Below are positions 49,929-60,795 of a stretch of DNA of 64,000 nucleotides, one piece after another. The first letter of the stretch is position 1. Each line of letters starts with the position of its first letter. Both the position numbers and the translations under genes were made by a program. Below the pieces are notes generated by a model. The model had not been told where the DNA came from and ran no database searches. It saw only the letters and a list, made by a program, of their open reading frames with translations. Origin of the DNA: Rhodospirillaceae bacterium (GTDB taxonomy: Bacteria > Pseudomonadota > Alphaproteobacteria > MPNO01 > UBA2964). Location of the stretch: positions 89,989 to 153,988 of the forward strand of contig PAPV01000005.1 of NCBI GenBank assembly GCA_002709075.1, given 5' to 3'.

Positions 49929-52097
49929 TTAATTTGAAAACGGTTTTTTTTTTCTAGCAGAGCCATTGAGTGGTAGCGACACAGTAATTTTTCCAGTTAT
50001 TGTATCTATTGATTTGATTTCAACTATGAGCTTGTCACCGAGTGCAAATTTTTTTCTTTTTTTCTTTGCAATGAGCGCTCGAGACCCTTGGTCAAATTGA
50101 TATTTTTCATTTCCGAGTAGAGAAATTGGTAAAAATGCATCAGCCCCGTTTTCTTTTAGCTCAACAAACAAACCAAATTTTTCAACCCCGGTTATGTGCG
50201 CCTCGCTTTTCCCTCCCTCTCGGCCTTTCAGTAAGATTGCTGCATATCGATCAAAGGCTTCATGTTCCGCTGCAGCAGCGCGACGTTCGGTGAATGAAAG
50301 ATGTTTTCCTAAGCTTTTGAAATCCTCATCTGGGATATTCATAAGTTTTTGTTCGTCTGTATTTAAAGAGTCAATTAAAGCCCTATGGACGACTAAATCA
50401 GAATAGCGTCGAATTGGAGAGGTGAAATGAGCGTAATTATTCAAGGCAAGACCAAAATGCCCAAGATTGATTGGGCTATATGCGGCTTTTGATTGTGTTC
50501 TTAAAATAGCATTCTGTATACCTAATGTATTCGTTTGACTTTTAGTGTTCTTTAAAAGTTGACAAAAATGGTGTGGTTTGACGTTTTGGCCACCTGGAAG
50601 ATTGAGATTTAAGGATTTTAAGAACACCCTTAATGACAACAGCCTTTCTGCTGTTGGATTTTCGTGGTTGCGAAAGATACATGGTAAATGTTTTTTTTGT
50701 AGAGTTTCTGCCGCACAAATATTGGCAATAATCATAAATTCCTCTATCAATCGATGGCTGTTAAGCCTTTTACGTTTCTTGATTTTTTTTGGTTGGCCAC
50801 AATCTCCCAAAATGATCTTTTTATCTGGAAAGTCCAAATCCAAAGCACCCCGTTTTTTACGTGCTTTTGCAATCGCTTCAAATGCCCCATAGAGAGAGTT
50901 TAAACGTGATTTTTTAAGTGGAAGATCTTTTTCTTTTTCTTCGCGAAGGGATTGCACTTGCTCATAAGTCAACCTAGCTGAGGAGCGCATTATTCCGCGC
51001 ATAAATTTATGCTTGATTTTGTTGCCTTCAGAGTCAATGTCTATTTCGACAGCAAGGCAGGGTCGGTCCTTATGTGGTATGAGAGAACATAAGTTATTGG
51101 AGAGTTCTTCGGGAAGCATAGGAACAACACGATCTGGTAGGTAAACCGAATTGCCACGGTTACGGGCTTCTATATCTACCGGATCTTGTGGTCGGACGTA
51201 GAAAGCAACATCTGCGATCGCAACTAGTATTCTCCATTTCACTTTACCAGTAGCGATGTGTTCTGCCCAGACTGCATCATCAAAGTCACGTGCGTCGGCG
51301 TCATCGATTGTTACAAGGTCCAAGTTTCGAAGGTCCACGCGACCTCTAGTTGGCGCTGTTTTTTTATTTTTTGCAGATATTATTATATCTTCGTTAACTT
51401 TGACAGGTATATCATTTCTTGCCAGCACTAGGTCACCAATGGCGCCGGGATCATTAAGCTTTCCCAATACTTGAGTTACTTTTACTTCCCTTAAGCCGAA
51501 ATGTTTTTCGTTGCGAATTGTGCAAACAACAATATCACCATCCTCGGCATTTTTTTTAAATTTTTTTCCTACAATATATTCTTCGTGTTGCTTATGTGAC
51601 ACAGGTTTTATGCGGGCACCGTGTTTATATTCTTTAAGGATACCGTAGGTGGGAGAATTTTTGTGCTCTAACTTTCGAATAATGCTTGCTTGATATTCAT
51701 TTGAATGTTTTGAAATTTTAACTAAAAGTCGATCACCAACCGCAATGTTGAAGCTCTGTTTATTGTTTTGGATTAAATAAATTTCTGGGGCAATAGTTGC
51801 ATATTCTGATTTGATTGGGCTAAGCAACAAACCACCGTCCGAATCAATTTTAATTGCATCCACTATTAAAACTGGCGGCAATCTTTTTGCTATTTTGTAT
51901 TTCCTATTGCGTTGGCGTTTTATAACTCCCTCATGTTCTAGTTCTTTTAGAATAGACTTAATATCTTTACGGGAATTTCCCTTGAGCTTAAACCCATTTT
52001 GAATGTCACGCGCACTAATCGCATTTTTGTGACGCTCAATAAATTCCACAAGTTGTTCTCGGGTGGGGGAAGACAAAGTTTTTGAGGTGGACCCCAT
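49929..52097 (-). CDS. rnr: Ribonuclease R
   Basis: N-terminal HTH/cold-shock region, RNB catalytic domain (DDADARDFDDA) and C-terminal S1-like region. Confidence 0.9.
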   Translation of the reverse strand: MGSTSKTLSSPTREQLVEFIERHKNAISARDIQNGFKLKGNSRKDIKSILKELEHEGVIKRQRNRKYKIAKRLPPVLIVDAIKIDSDGGLLLSPIKSEYATIAPEIYLIQNNKQSFNIAVGDRLLVKISKHSNEYQASIIRKLEHKNSPTYGILKEYKHGARIKPVSHKQHEEYIVGKKFKKNAEDGDIVVCTIRNEKHFGLREVKVTQVLGKLNDPGAIGDLVLARNDIPVKVNEDIIISAKNKKTAPTRGRVDLRNLDLVTIDDADARDFDDAVWAEHIATGKVKWRILVAIADVAFYVRPQDPVDIEARNRGNSVYLPDRVVPMLPEELSNNLCSLIPHKDRPCLAVEIDIDSEGNKIKHKFMRGIMRSSARLTYEQVQSLREEKEKDLPLKKSRLNSLYGAFEAIAKARKKRGALDLDFPDKKIILGDCGQPKKIKKRKRLNSHRLIEEFMIIANICAAETLQKKHLPCIFRNHENPTAERLLSLRVFLKSLNLNLPGGQNVKPHHFCQLLKNTKSQTNTLGIQNAILRTQSKAAYSPINLGHFGLALNNYAHFTSPIRRYSDLVVHRALIDSLNTDEQKLMNIPDEDFKSLGKHLSFTERRAAAAEHEAFDRYAAILLKGREGGKSEAHITGVEKFGLFVELKENGADAFLPISLLGNEKYQFDQGSRALIAKKKRKKFALGDKLIVEIKSIDTITGKITVSLPLNGSARKKKPFSN

Positions 52098-52155
52098 TGT
52101 TATTTCAAACTCAAGAGGAAGCCTCGACGTCGCCGGACTTTGACCTTAATTTCAA

Positions 52156-54714
52156 TCATTCTGACTTAATTTTACTCGATTTTTTTCCAGATTTTTTTCC
52201 AGATTTTTTCGCCTTTTCTCTAGCAATGATTAGTTCCAGTCCCCTTTCTAGTGTGATGTTTTCGATAGATTCATTTTTAGGGATAGAAGCATTCACTTTT
52301 CCATATTTTACATAAGGACCATACCTTCCATCAAAGATATTGACTGGCTTCCCATCATTTGGGTGATTTCCAAGTTCTCGAATGGGTGTGGCCGTTTTTT
52401 TGCGGGGTTTTTCCTTAATTACTGCCATCGCTCTATTTATGCCGATAGATAGGACATCATCCTCAGCCCCCAACGATATATAGGCGCCTCCAACCCGAAG
52501 ATATGGACCGTATCTGCCAATGCCGGCACTAATTATTTCACCTGTTTCAGGGTGCTTTCCGACTTCGCGGGGTAAGGCTAATAAGGCAAGGGCTTGTTCT
52601 AAATTTATTTCCGTGGGAGATGCAAATTTGAGTAGTGTGGCGCGTTTTGGTTTTTCTTTACCCTCAATTTCACCTAATTGCACATAGAAACCGAATGGCC
52701 CTTTTCGCAAGGTCACCTCTCTTCCAGTGTCCGGATCTTGTCCAAGAAGTTTCGGTAAAGTTAACGAAGCAGTCTCGCTATCTTCACTAATACTTCTTGA
52801 AAGTGACGTAGTGTAGGAACAGTCAGGGTAATTACTGCAACCTATAAATGGTCCGCCACGACCTAGTCGCAACCCCAAGCGACCGGTTTTGCAGGATGGA
52901 CATTCTCTGTTTTCCGTACCATTATCATTTTTTTTGAAAAAGTGGGGTCCAAGATCGGCGTCTAAAACGTCTATAACATCGGAGATTTTTAGTGTTTCAG
53001 TTTCCTTGATGGCTGAGAAAAAAGCGGACCAGAATTCATGCAAAACATGTTTCCAATCCATCTGACCTTTTGCTACCCGATCTAAGCGATCCTCTAGGTC
53101 TGCAGTGAAATCATATTCAATATATTTTTGAAAAAAACCTGAGAGGAATGCAGTTACCACGCGGCCTCTGTCTTCAGGCGTGAAACGGTGCTTATCGAGC
53201 CGAACATAATCTCGTTCTTGTAACACAGAAATAATTGACGCGTATGTGGACGGCCTGCCAATTCCCAGTTCCTCCATTTTTTTGACAAGGCTTGCTTCGG
53301 TATATCGAGGTGGTGGCTTCGTAAAATGTTGTTCCGAATTTACACTGTGTGTCTGAAGTATTTCTTTTTCTGTAATCGGGGGTAGAAGTTTACTTTTTTG
53401 ATCATCTGCCTCGGACGGATCATCTCTATCTTCGCGGTAAAGCTTTAAGAAACCGTCAAATTTTATTATTTGTCCAGTAGCTCTCAAAACCGTGGAGTCC
53501 CTCATCTCAGAGATTCTAAAAGCAACTTGTTCCAACTCAGCTCGCTTCATCGCGCTTGCTAATGTTCTTTTCCATATAAGATCGTATAGTTTACGACCAT
53601 CCTCATCTAAAAAGGAACCAACATTCTTTGGAAGCCGGGTTACATCTGTTGGACGGATGGCCTCATGTGCCTCTTGTGCATTTTTTGAACGGTTACGAAA
53701 ACTATTTGGAGTTTCAGGCACATAATTATCACCGTATAAACGGCTAATGAGACTCTGAGCCGATGCAACCGCTTCTTTCGCCATATTTATGCTGTCAGTT
53801 CTCATGTAAGTTATTAAGCCTACGGTTTCGTCACCCAAGGCTATACCCTCGTATAGTTTTTGTGCACAACGCATGGTCCTTTGTGCTCCAAAACCAAGTT
53901 TTCTTGAAGCCTCCTGTTGTAAGGTAGAAGTTGTAAATGGAGGCTGGGGGCGGCGCATCAAAGACTTACGTTCAATTTTTTTTACGGAAAAAAGTTCTTT
54001 TTCTACAATTTCAGCAGCACGCACAGCTTCATCTTTATTTTTTAATCCATATTGATCAATTTTTTGTCCGTTGATATGTGTTAAAACTGCATTAAATACA
54101 TCCCCGTTAATTGTTTTAAATTCCGCTTCCACCGACCAATATTCTATTGGATTAAATATCTCAATTGCATTTTCTCGTTCACAGATTAACCGCAATGCAA
54201 CTGACTGAACACGCCCAGCCGATCGACTTCCGGGCAATTTTCGCCACAAGACTGGAGAAAGAGTAAATCCAACGAGGTAGTCTAGAGCCCGTCGTGTCAG
54301 GTAGGCTTGTATGAGACCCTCATTCAACCCTCGGGGTGCTTTAATAGCATTGAGTACAGCGTCCTCTGTTATTTCATGAAATACTATTCGTTTTACATCC
54401 ACGCCTTCTAAAACATTTTTGTTGTTGAGCACCTCCAACACATGCCATGAAATTGCTTCCCCCTCACGGTCAGGGTCGGTGGCAAGGTATAAATGCGAAG
54501 CTCCTTTTGTGGCTTCGGCAATTTGTTCTAAATGGTCGTTAGATTTACCATCAATCTCCCAAATCATTTTAAAGTTATGCTCGGGATCAACCGAACCATT
54601 TTTTGAAGGCAGGTCCCTTACATGACCGTAACTGGCAAATACCTTGAAGCCAGAGCCAAGATATTTGTTAATAGTTTTGGCTTTTGCGGGAGATTCTACG
54701 ACTACGACATCCAT
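52156..54714 (-). CDS. topA: DNA topoisomerase I with a Lys-rich C-terminal tail
   Basis: TOPRIM start MDVVVVESPAKAKTI, active-site Tyr region, a C-terminal zinc ribbon (CPSCK...CSNYPDC) and a KSGKKSGKKSSK tail. Confidence 0.95.
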   Translation of the reverse strand: MDVVVVESPAKAKTINKYLGSGFKVFASYGHVRDLPSKNGSVDPEHNFKMIWEIDGKSNDHLEQIAEATKGASHLYLATDPDREGEAISWHVLEVLNNKNVLEGVDVKRIVFHEITEDAVLNAIKAPRGLNEGLIQAYLTRRALDYLVGFTLSPVLWRKLPGSRSAGRVQSVALRLICERENAIEIFNPIEYWSVEAEFKTINGDVFNAVLTHINGQKIDQYGLKNKDEAVRAAEIVEKELFSVKKIERKSLMRRPQPPFTTSTLQQEASRKLGFGAQRTMRCAQKLYEGIALGDETVGLITYMRTDSINMAKEAVASAQSLISRLYGDNYVPETPNSFRNRSKNAQEAHEAIRPTDVTRLPKNVGSFLDEDGRKLYDLIWKRTLASAMKRAELEQVAFRISEMRDSTVLRATGQIIKFDGFLKLYREDRDDPSEADDQKSKLLPPITEKEILQTHSVNSEQHFTKPPPRYTEASLVKKMEELGIGRPSTYASIISVLQERDYVRLDKHRFTPEDRGRVVTAFLSGFFQKYIEYDFTADLEDRLDRVAKGQMDWKHVLHEFWSAFFSAIKETETLKISDVIDVLDADLGPHFFKKNDNGTENRECPSCKTGRLGLRLGRGGPFIGCSNYPDCSYTTSLSRSISEDSETASLTLPKLLGQDPDTGREVTLRKGPFGFYVQLGEIEGKEKPKRATLLKFASPTEINLEQALALLALPREVGKHPETGEIISAGIGRYGPYLRVGGAYISLGAEDDVLSIGINRAMAVIKEKPRKKTATPIRELGNHPNDGKPVNIFDGRYGPYVKYGKVNASIPKNESIENITLERGLELIIAREKAKKSGKKSGKKSSKIKSE

Positions 54715-55201
54715 AAATTAGCCAATTGTTGAGAACACAATTTAATTTGCATTACCATGCCTAACAGCAACACTTAATTTTCTTTGACCGCTTGCGAATA
54801 GTTAAAAGCTCTCTATTAAACGAAAATTGAGACTTAAAACTTTTTGACTCGATCAAATGACTTACAAAATTAGAAAAGATTTGGCATTCAAGTGACGGTT
54901 CGTCAACAGCTACCGATAAATGTTATTTTTAAAATACCTTTTTAAAATTTTCAGTATGCATCCAATTATAAAATTTTTACCTAAGAAGAGGTATAAAATA
55001 AGTTTTTTCTTTTTTACAAAACAAAGCGCAAATATTGTTAAAAATTGGAGGTTTTTTTCAAATAACCTTATAAATTACAAAAATTTAATATTAAATATTT
55101 GGCACTTGTAAAAAGTTATAAGTTAAAAATTTTCATTAAGTTTTGCATTAAACTCGGTTGCAACTGAGGGGTTGTTATCTAAAAAGCTATTTAAATTTTT
55201 G

Positions 55202-55804
55202 CTAAATCTTTGTCTCCGTTCCGCTCAAAAGCCTTTTTATATTAGAAAAATGACGTACCCAAATTAAACAAACCATTATTGTATAAAATTCTGCGATTTG
55301 CGCTGTTGAAAAATACCATGCAAGGATTGGTGCTAATGCACTAGCTATAAGTGCAGCCAACGATGAGTAACGCGTAAGAAAAATTACTGCGACCCAAGTT
55401 GCCAGAGAACAAAGTGCAATTGGCCACGTTAATGCTAGCATCAGGCCAAGTGATGTTGCTACTCCTTTTCCGCCCTTAAAACGGAGCCAAATCGGGAAAA
55501 AATGCCCACATAGCGCACCAAATGCTGCAATAATTTGTATATCTGGACCAAATTGTGAACCAATTAATACAGTCAGTACACCTTTACCAGTATCCATAAT
55601 TAGCGTTGCTGCTGCCAAGTGTTTTTTTCCGGTTCGTAGTACGTTGGTTGCACCAATGTTTCCGGAACCAACTGAACGAATATCACCGAGCCCGGCGTAG
55701 CGCGTTATTAAATATCCAAAAGGAATAGAGCCAAGCAGATACCCGCACCCGAGTGCTGTTAGAATGTATGGATATGAAAATTCCCAGCTTATTGGACTTA
55801 TCAT
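55202..55804 (-). CDS. plsY: Glycerol-3-phosphate acyltransferase PlsY
   Basis: GSIPFGYLI...GSGNIGATNVLRTGKK motif. Confidence 0.9.
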   Translation of the reverse strand: MISPISWEFSYPYILTALGCGYLLGSIPFGYLITRYAGLGDIRSVGSGNIGATNVLRTGKKHLAAATLIMDTGKGVLTVLIGSQFGPDIQIIAAFGALCGHFFPIWLRFKGGKGVATSLGLMLALTWPIALCSLATWVAVIFLTRYSSLAALIASALAPILAWYFSTAQIAEFYTIMVCLIWVRHFSNIKRLLSGTETKI

Positions 55805-56027
55805 TTTAATGACCTTTGTAATTATTGTTCAATAACGGAAAAATATTTTCCGATACAGACCTATTCCGAAGGTATTATCCACAGAAATCAAGTGCAAGGA
55901 GTCGAATCTTCTCGCAAAAACGAACTGCATGTTCTATGATACACATTTTATTAGGAACTATACCGGGTGGGGTGTTTCTTAAATCCATTTATAGGCGATA
56001 AGCCAAGGCAAATTGGGGAATAGATCG

Positions 56028-56342
56028 ATGAATTTTGATCCAAGTGTAAAAGAAATGACTAATCTTTCAGGAATTGCCGGAGAAGTTACTTTATTTCGTG
56101 CAGTGATTGCGAGAGCTTTTCATGATGCACTCAACCGTCGTGCTATGGACGGCAGAGCCGTTGACAGTGACGCTCGTGAAGCGCGTATGCTTCGCGAAGA
56201 AGCACGCGAGTGGTTGCTAACAGATAGCTCAGATTTTCGTCGGGTTTGCGAATGGGCATTGTTGGAACCCGAAGCTGTTCGAGATTCAGCTGAGAGAGCA
56301 ATAGCTAATTGTGATTCAGGGTCGGGACAAGCCGCCGCTTGA
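56028..56342 (+). CDS. Hypothetical Arg/Ala/Glu-rich small protein (GC-rich orphan)
   Basis: ORF with a GGGGAA RBS-like element upstream and a clean coding-type composition. I recognise no family. Confidence 0.35.
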   Translation: MNFDPSVKEMTNLSGIAGEVTLFRAVIARAFHDALNRRAMDGRAVDSDAREARMLREEAREWLLTDSSDFRRVCEWALLEPEAVRDSAERAIANCDSGSGQAAA

Positions 56343-56445
56343 AGTAATCAGTTTTCTAAAAATAATTGAATAATGTGGACGAGTTTTTAGAAAATTAATT
56401 ACACAAAATGGTATTGTGGTTTTTATATAAGTTAAAGTAAAAACG

Positions 56446-56766
56446 TTAGCCGGTTCTTTGAATAATATGATAACCAAAGTCAGTTTTTATAATCTCTGAT
56501 AAATCGCCAATTTCCATATTAAAAACAGCATTTTCAAACTCTGGCACCATTTGTCCGCGCCCAAAACTGCCTAGATCTCCGCCCTGGGTGCCGGATGGAC
56601 AATCTGAAAATTCTCGTGCAAGCTCGCCAAAATTAGTGCCTTCTTCGACCTGAGATCTTAACATTTTAATTTTATCTTTAGCTTCATCTTCGCTTCTGTC
56701 ATTGCTAGAATTAGTTGAGCCCTTATACATCAGGAGAATATGTGATGCGCTGACTTGGTCTACCAT
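56446..56766 (-). CDS. Parvulin-type peptidyl-prolyl isomerase (PpiC-like)
   Basis: SASHILL...GGDLGSF...GYHIIQ parvulin signature; 106 aa. Confidence 0.8.
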   Translation of the reverse strand: MVDQVSASHILLMYKGSTNSSNDRSEDEAKDKIKMLRSQVEEGTNFGELAREFSDCPSGTQGGDLGSFGRGQMVPEFENAVFNMEIGDLSEIIKTDFGYHIIQRTG

Positions 56767-56784
56767 TTTGTATCCTTTTCGTGT

Positions 56785-57435
56785 TTATTTAGCTGCTATT
56801 TTAGGTGTTAGTTTTTCTTCAACAGTTTTCTTTTTCATAGAAAATACTTCCTCGACAGTGCAATAATCCATGTATCCCAACCGAGCAATGGGTTTGATCT
56901 TGCATATATCAACGAGACCATCTCCACCAACATAATCATCATTGATGTGTACCATAACGACACGACCAATTATCATATGATGCACCGACTCCGGGTCATG
57001 TCCTGGCAACTCGATAGTTTTGTGATAGACGCACTCCATGTGTGCTGGTGCTTCCTTCACCAAAGGAACCTTAACTCGTTGCCCTCTCGCCGGAGTAAGT
57101 CCACACTCTTTCATTTCATCTATCTTAGAATCGTCTATCCAACTCGTGTCTGACATTTTTTTCCTCGTATCCCAATTGGCCATGTTAAACACGAACTCAC
57201 CAGTCTCCTCAATATTTAAAACCGTATCTTTTTTTGATCCATCCGCTTTACAACCTGCAGATATCATTAAATACGCTGGGTTGTAACTCAACATATTAAA
57301 GAAACTGAAAGGGGCAAGATTACCAACTCCCTCAGCACTTACAGAACTGATCCAGCCAATAGGCCGTGGCACCACTAGTCCTTTTATTGGGTTATAAGGC
57401 AGGCCGTGATCATTTATATCGGGATCATAAAACAT
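56785..57435 (-). CDS. Flavin reductase-like FMN-binding protein
   Basis: RPIGWISSVSAEGVGNLAPFSFFN is the split-barrel flavin reductase family motif. Confidence 0.65.
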   Translation of the reverse strand: MFYDPDINDHGLPYNPIKGLVVPRPIGWISSVSAEGVGNLAPFSFFNMLSYNPAYLMISAGCKADGSKKDTVLNIEETGEFVFNMANWDTRKKMSDTSWIDDSKIDEMKECGLTPARGQRVKVPLVKEAPAHMECVYHKTIELPGHDPESVHHMIIGRVVMVHINDDYVGGDGLVDICKIKPIARLGYMDYCTVEEVFSMKKKTVEEKLTPKIAAK

Positions 57436-57506
57436 AACTTATTTCCTGTGCCTATAATATTTAATCAACAAAAATTTTCTGGTATCATACAATATCACAA
57501 TTCACC

Positions 57507-58451
57507 CTAAAAAATCCATTTTATAACGACAGTTATCTCTGTTGCCCAATTTAATACAATCGGAATAGCGATGGCGGATAACAGAGTTTGGATTGTCAGA
57601 ATTGCCGCCATTAATGGGGCGTCACCCCCGAGTTGTCGAGCCAAAACATATGATGCAGGGGAAGCGGGGCAGGTTGCAAATAACATCACAATAACAAACG
57701 TAAGCCCTGTAAGACCGGTGAATGACATTATAAGGGCCGCAGATACAGGCATAAATATTAATTTTAAGATGCAAGTTATGAACAAAGTTTTGTACATCGA
57801 GTAGCTGAAACCCGCCACTAGTCCTGCCCCCACGCAGAGTAACGCTAACGGCAGTGCTGCTCGATCTAAAATATTTAAAAACTCTATTGCCACATTTGGC
57901 AGAGGTAGAGACACAATATTTATTACCCATCCTATTATGCAGGCCAAAATTATTGGATTGCGCGCAATTTCTTTTGGGACATTTGCCCACTTTGGACCGT
58001 CGGAATGTGCATAAAAGGCTAAAGCGCTGATGCAAATAATATTACAAACGGGCATCGCAATTGCAACGAATAAAGCACATAGTATTATTCCATCTGGTCC
58101 ATATATTAAATCCGCGACCGCAAAAGCTATGTAGGCGTTGATTCTTGTTGAGCCTTGCAGAACGGATGTGAATGCTGGACCGCTCATTTTGAAAAGTGGT
58201 CGGAGTATAGTTATAAAACAGGTTGAAATTAAAATTAAAACCACAATCGTGATTGCGATATTACTTACTGGCAAAACGGTTAGGTCAGCTTTGGAGAGCT
58301 TTCCTATTATTAGTGCTGGTAACAAAATGTAGTATGCTAGGTTTTCGGCTGGTTGCCAGAAGGAAGGCTTTAAAAAACCAAAACGACAGAAACCATACCC
58401 AGCTAATATTAACAAGAAGATTGGTGCGACGGTCAGGGCTATATCAGACAT
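57507..58451 (-). CDS. AEC (auxin efflux carrier)-family transporter
   Basis: Ten TM helices with AEC-type N- and C-terminal repeats (PIFLLILAGY..., LLPALI). Confidence 0.65.
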   Translation of the reverse strand: MSDIALTVAPIFLLILAGYGFCRFGFLKPSFWQPAENLAYYILLPALIIGKLSKADLTVLPVSNIAITIVVLILISTCFITILRPLFKMSGPAFTSVLQGSTRINAYIAFAVADLIYGPDGIILCALFVAIAMPVCNIICISALAFYAHSDGPKWANVPKEIARNPIILACIIGWVINIVSLPLPNVAIEFLNILDRAALPLALLCVGAGLVAGFSYSMYKTLFITCILKLIFMPVSAALIMSFTGLTGLTFVIVMLFATCPASPASYVLARQLGGDAPLMAAILTIQTLLSAIAIPIVLNWATEITVVIKWIF

Positions 58452-58481
58452 CTGTTTATTAATCGGTATGGTAGAGAAATG

Positions 58482-58949
58482 TCATTTCTCTCTGTTTAAA
58501 AAATCGATTGCACCTTGCAGAATAAATGCAGCAGCTATTTTATCAACTAGAGCTTTTTGCCGTCTACGGGACAGATTAGCTTCTATCATTGTGCGTTTTG
58601 CCGCAATAGTTGAAAGCCGCTCGTCCCAAAAAGTAATATTAATAGGAGTTCTTTTTGAGAGGTTTACCGCAAATTGCCTTGTTGATTGTGAGCGGGGACC
58701 CTCACTCCCATTCATATTTATAGGCAAGCCAAGTACTATTGCGACAACTTCCTCCGACTCTGCAAACTCAAGTAATTTAAACGCGTCCTGTTTAAATTTT
58801 TGCCTTAATATTGTTGTTCTGGGTGAAGCTATGGTGCGCAAGACATCAGAAAAAGCGATACCTATGGTTTTCTCTCCAACATCTAGTGCCATCAGACGCC
58901 CCTGCCTAGGCAGTACATCAACTAGTTTATCTATGTTGCGGATAGGCAT
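58482..58949 (-). CDS. ruvX: Holliday-junction resolvase-like RNase RuvX/YqgF
   Basis: LMALDVGEKTIGIAFSD N-terminal RNase H-like motif; 155 aa. Confidence 0.85.
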   Translation of the reverse strand: MPIRNIDKLVDVLPRQGRLMALDVGEKTIGIAFSDVLRTIASPRTTILRQKFKQDAFKLLEFAESEEVVAIVLGLPINMNGSEGPRSQSTRQFAVNLSKRTPINITFWDERLSTIAAKRTMIEANLSRRRQKALVDKIAAAFILQGAIDFLNREK

Positions 58950-59025
58950 GACCAGTGATATTTCTTCAATCTATGAATTTAGTCTATGTATATACAACTT
59001 TATACCGATTGGAGTCGATTACGTT

Positions 59026-59316
59026 ATGTTAGTTGACAAATCTACAGTGCTTCATATTGCGAATTTAGCTAAGATAGAAGTTCCGGATGGAGATCTCGAA
59101 AATCTAGCGTCAGAATTGTCCCACATTCTTGGTTGGGTTGAACAACTTAATGAAGTTAATACCGATGATGTTATTCCCATGTGCTCGGGCGTGGCGAGCA
59201 TGCAACTTCGACTTCGTCAGGATAAAATTTCTGAAGAAAACCAACAAAGCGACGTGCTCTCAAACGCACCAGATTCGCGTGATGGTTTCTTTGCAGTTCC
59301 TAAGGTTTTAGAGTAG
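59026..59316 (+). CDS. gatC: Glu/Asp-tRNA amidotransferase subunit C. It is hidden in the last 97 codons of the spurious 282-aa track ORF 58468..59316
   Basis: [41 protein letters not shown] is canonical GatC, immediately upstream of gatA. Confidence 0.85.
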   Translation: MLVDKSTVLHIANLAKIEVPDGDLENLASELSHILGWVEQLNEVNTDDVIPMCSGVASMQLRLRQDKISEENQQSDVLSNAPDSRDGFFAVPKVLE

Positions 59317-60791
59317 TGGTTTTACTAACCGATTTGACAATCGCTGAGGCACGAGATGGCTTAGCGAGGAAAGATTTTTCTTCGAAAGAACTTACAGAAG
59401 CTCATATTCGCGCGATTGAGTCTGCTCGCGCATTTAATGCTTATGTTCTTGAAACTCCTGATCGTGCGATAGAGGATGCAGTTGCTTCTGATAAGCGTCG
59501 TGCAAAAGGGGAGATTGGGGCATTAGATGGAATTCCCATAGCAGTAAAGGATATCTTTTGTACTAAAGGTATTCGCACTACAGCATGCTCCAAAATATTA
59601 GCTGAATTTGTACCACCTTATGAATCGTTTGTTACACAAAAATTACGACAAAGCGGCACAGTTCTCCTAGGTAAAACAAATTTAGATGAATTTGCGATGG
59701 GGTCATCAAATGAGACCAGTGCTTTTGGACCAGTTTTAAATCCATGGAAAAGTTCAATAGATACTGCAAAGTTGGTTCCGGGAGGATCTTCAGGCGGATC
59801 TGCTTGTGCGGTTGCGGCAGGTTTATGTTTAGGGGCTACGGGAACGGATACTGGTGGGTCAATTCGCCAGCCAGCGGCTTTTTGCGGAATTGTTGGAATG
59901 AAACCTACATATGGCCGTTGTTCGCGGTGGGGTATTGTGGCGTTTGCATCCTCATTAGATCAGGCAGGGCCAATGACGCGCACCGTGCAAGATTCCGCGA
60001 TTATGCTAAGTGCGATGGCTGGATTTGATCATAATGACTCTACATCGTCGAGACAAATAGTGCCAAATTTTGAAAGTTCGTTTGAGAAAAGTATTAAGGG
60101 AGTAAGAATTGGGATCCCTGATGAATATCGGGTAGAAGGAATAGATCCTGAGATAAATGAATTATGGGAAACCGGCATTCAGTGGTTGAAGCAGCAGGGG
60201 GCTGAAATTTGCAGTATTAGCCTTTCTCAAACACAAAACGCTCTGCCCGCATATTACATCATTGCACCGGCTGAGGCTTCTTCTAATCTCTCTCGGTATG
60301 ACGGAATGCGCTACGGGTCACGCGTTAGTGATGTATCTTTAACGAAGACATATTCCAAGACCCGTGGCGGTGGTTTCGGTCCGGAAGTTGTACGGCGTAT
60401 CCTGGTTGGTACCTATGTTCTTAGTGCAGGTTACTATGACGCCTACTACTTAAAGGCACAGAAAATCCGCAGGCTGATTTCAGAAGAATTTAACAATGCT
60501 TTTAGCGATGTTGATGCAATCTTGGTCCCTACTTCTCCAACTCCAGCTTTTGCAAAGGGAGAAAAAGAAAATGATTTGATTGCAATGTACCTCAATGATG
60601 TTTTAACCGTCCCCGCCAGTTTAGCCGGACTGCCAGCTATATCGGTTCCTGCGGGTTTATCGAAAAGTGGCTTGCCACTCGGTTTGCAATTAATTACTCG
60701 TTCATTTGATGAAGAAACTTTGTTTCGCGTAGCCCAGTCAATAGAAAATTCAGCCGGCTGGCACCATAGACCCTCTAAGTTTATGTTTTGA
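59316..60791 (+). CDS. gatA: Glu/Asp-tRNA amidotransferase subunit A
   Basis: Amidase signature ([18 protein letters not shown]). Confidence 0.95.
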   Translation: MVLLTDLTIAEARDGLARKDFSSKELTEAHIRAIESARAFNAYVLETPDRAIEDAVASDKRRAKGEIGALDGIPIAVKDIFCTKGIRTTACSKILAEFVPPYESFVTQKLRQSGTVLLGKTNLDEFAMGSSNETSAFGPVLNPWKSSIDTAKLVPGGSSGGSACAVAAGLCLGATGTDTGGSIRQPAAFCGIVGMKPTYGRCSRWGIVAFASSLDQAGPMTRTVQDSAIMLSAMAGFDHNDSTSSRQIVPNFESSFEKSIKGVRIGIPDEYRVEGIDPEINELWETGIQWLKQQGAEICSISLSQTQNALPAYYIIAPAEASSNLSRYDGMRYGSRVSDVSLTKTYSKTRGGGFGPEVVRRILVGTYVLSAGYYDAYYLKAQKIRRLISEEFNNAFSDVDAILVPTSPTPAFAKGEKENDLIAMYLNDVLTVPASLAGLPAISVPAGLSKSGLPLGLQLITRSFDEETLFRVAQSIENSAGWHHRPSKFMF

Positions 60792-60795
60792 TAGC

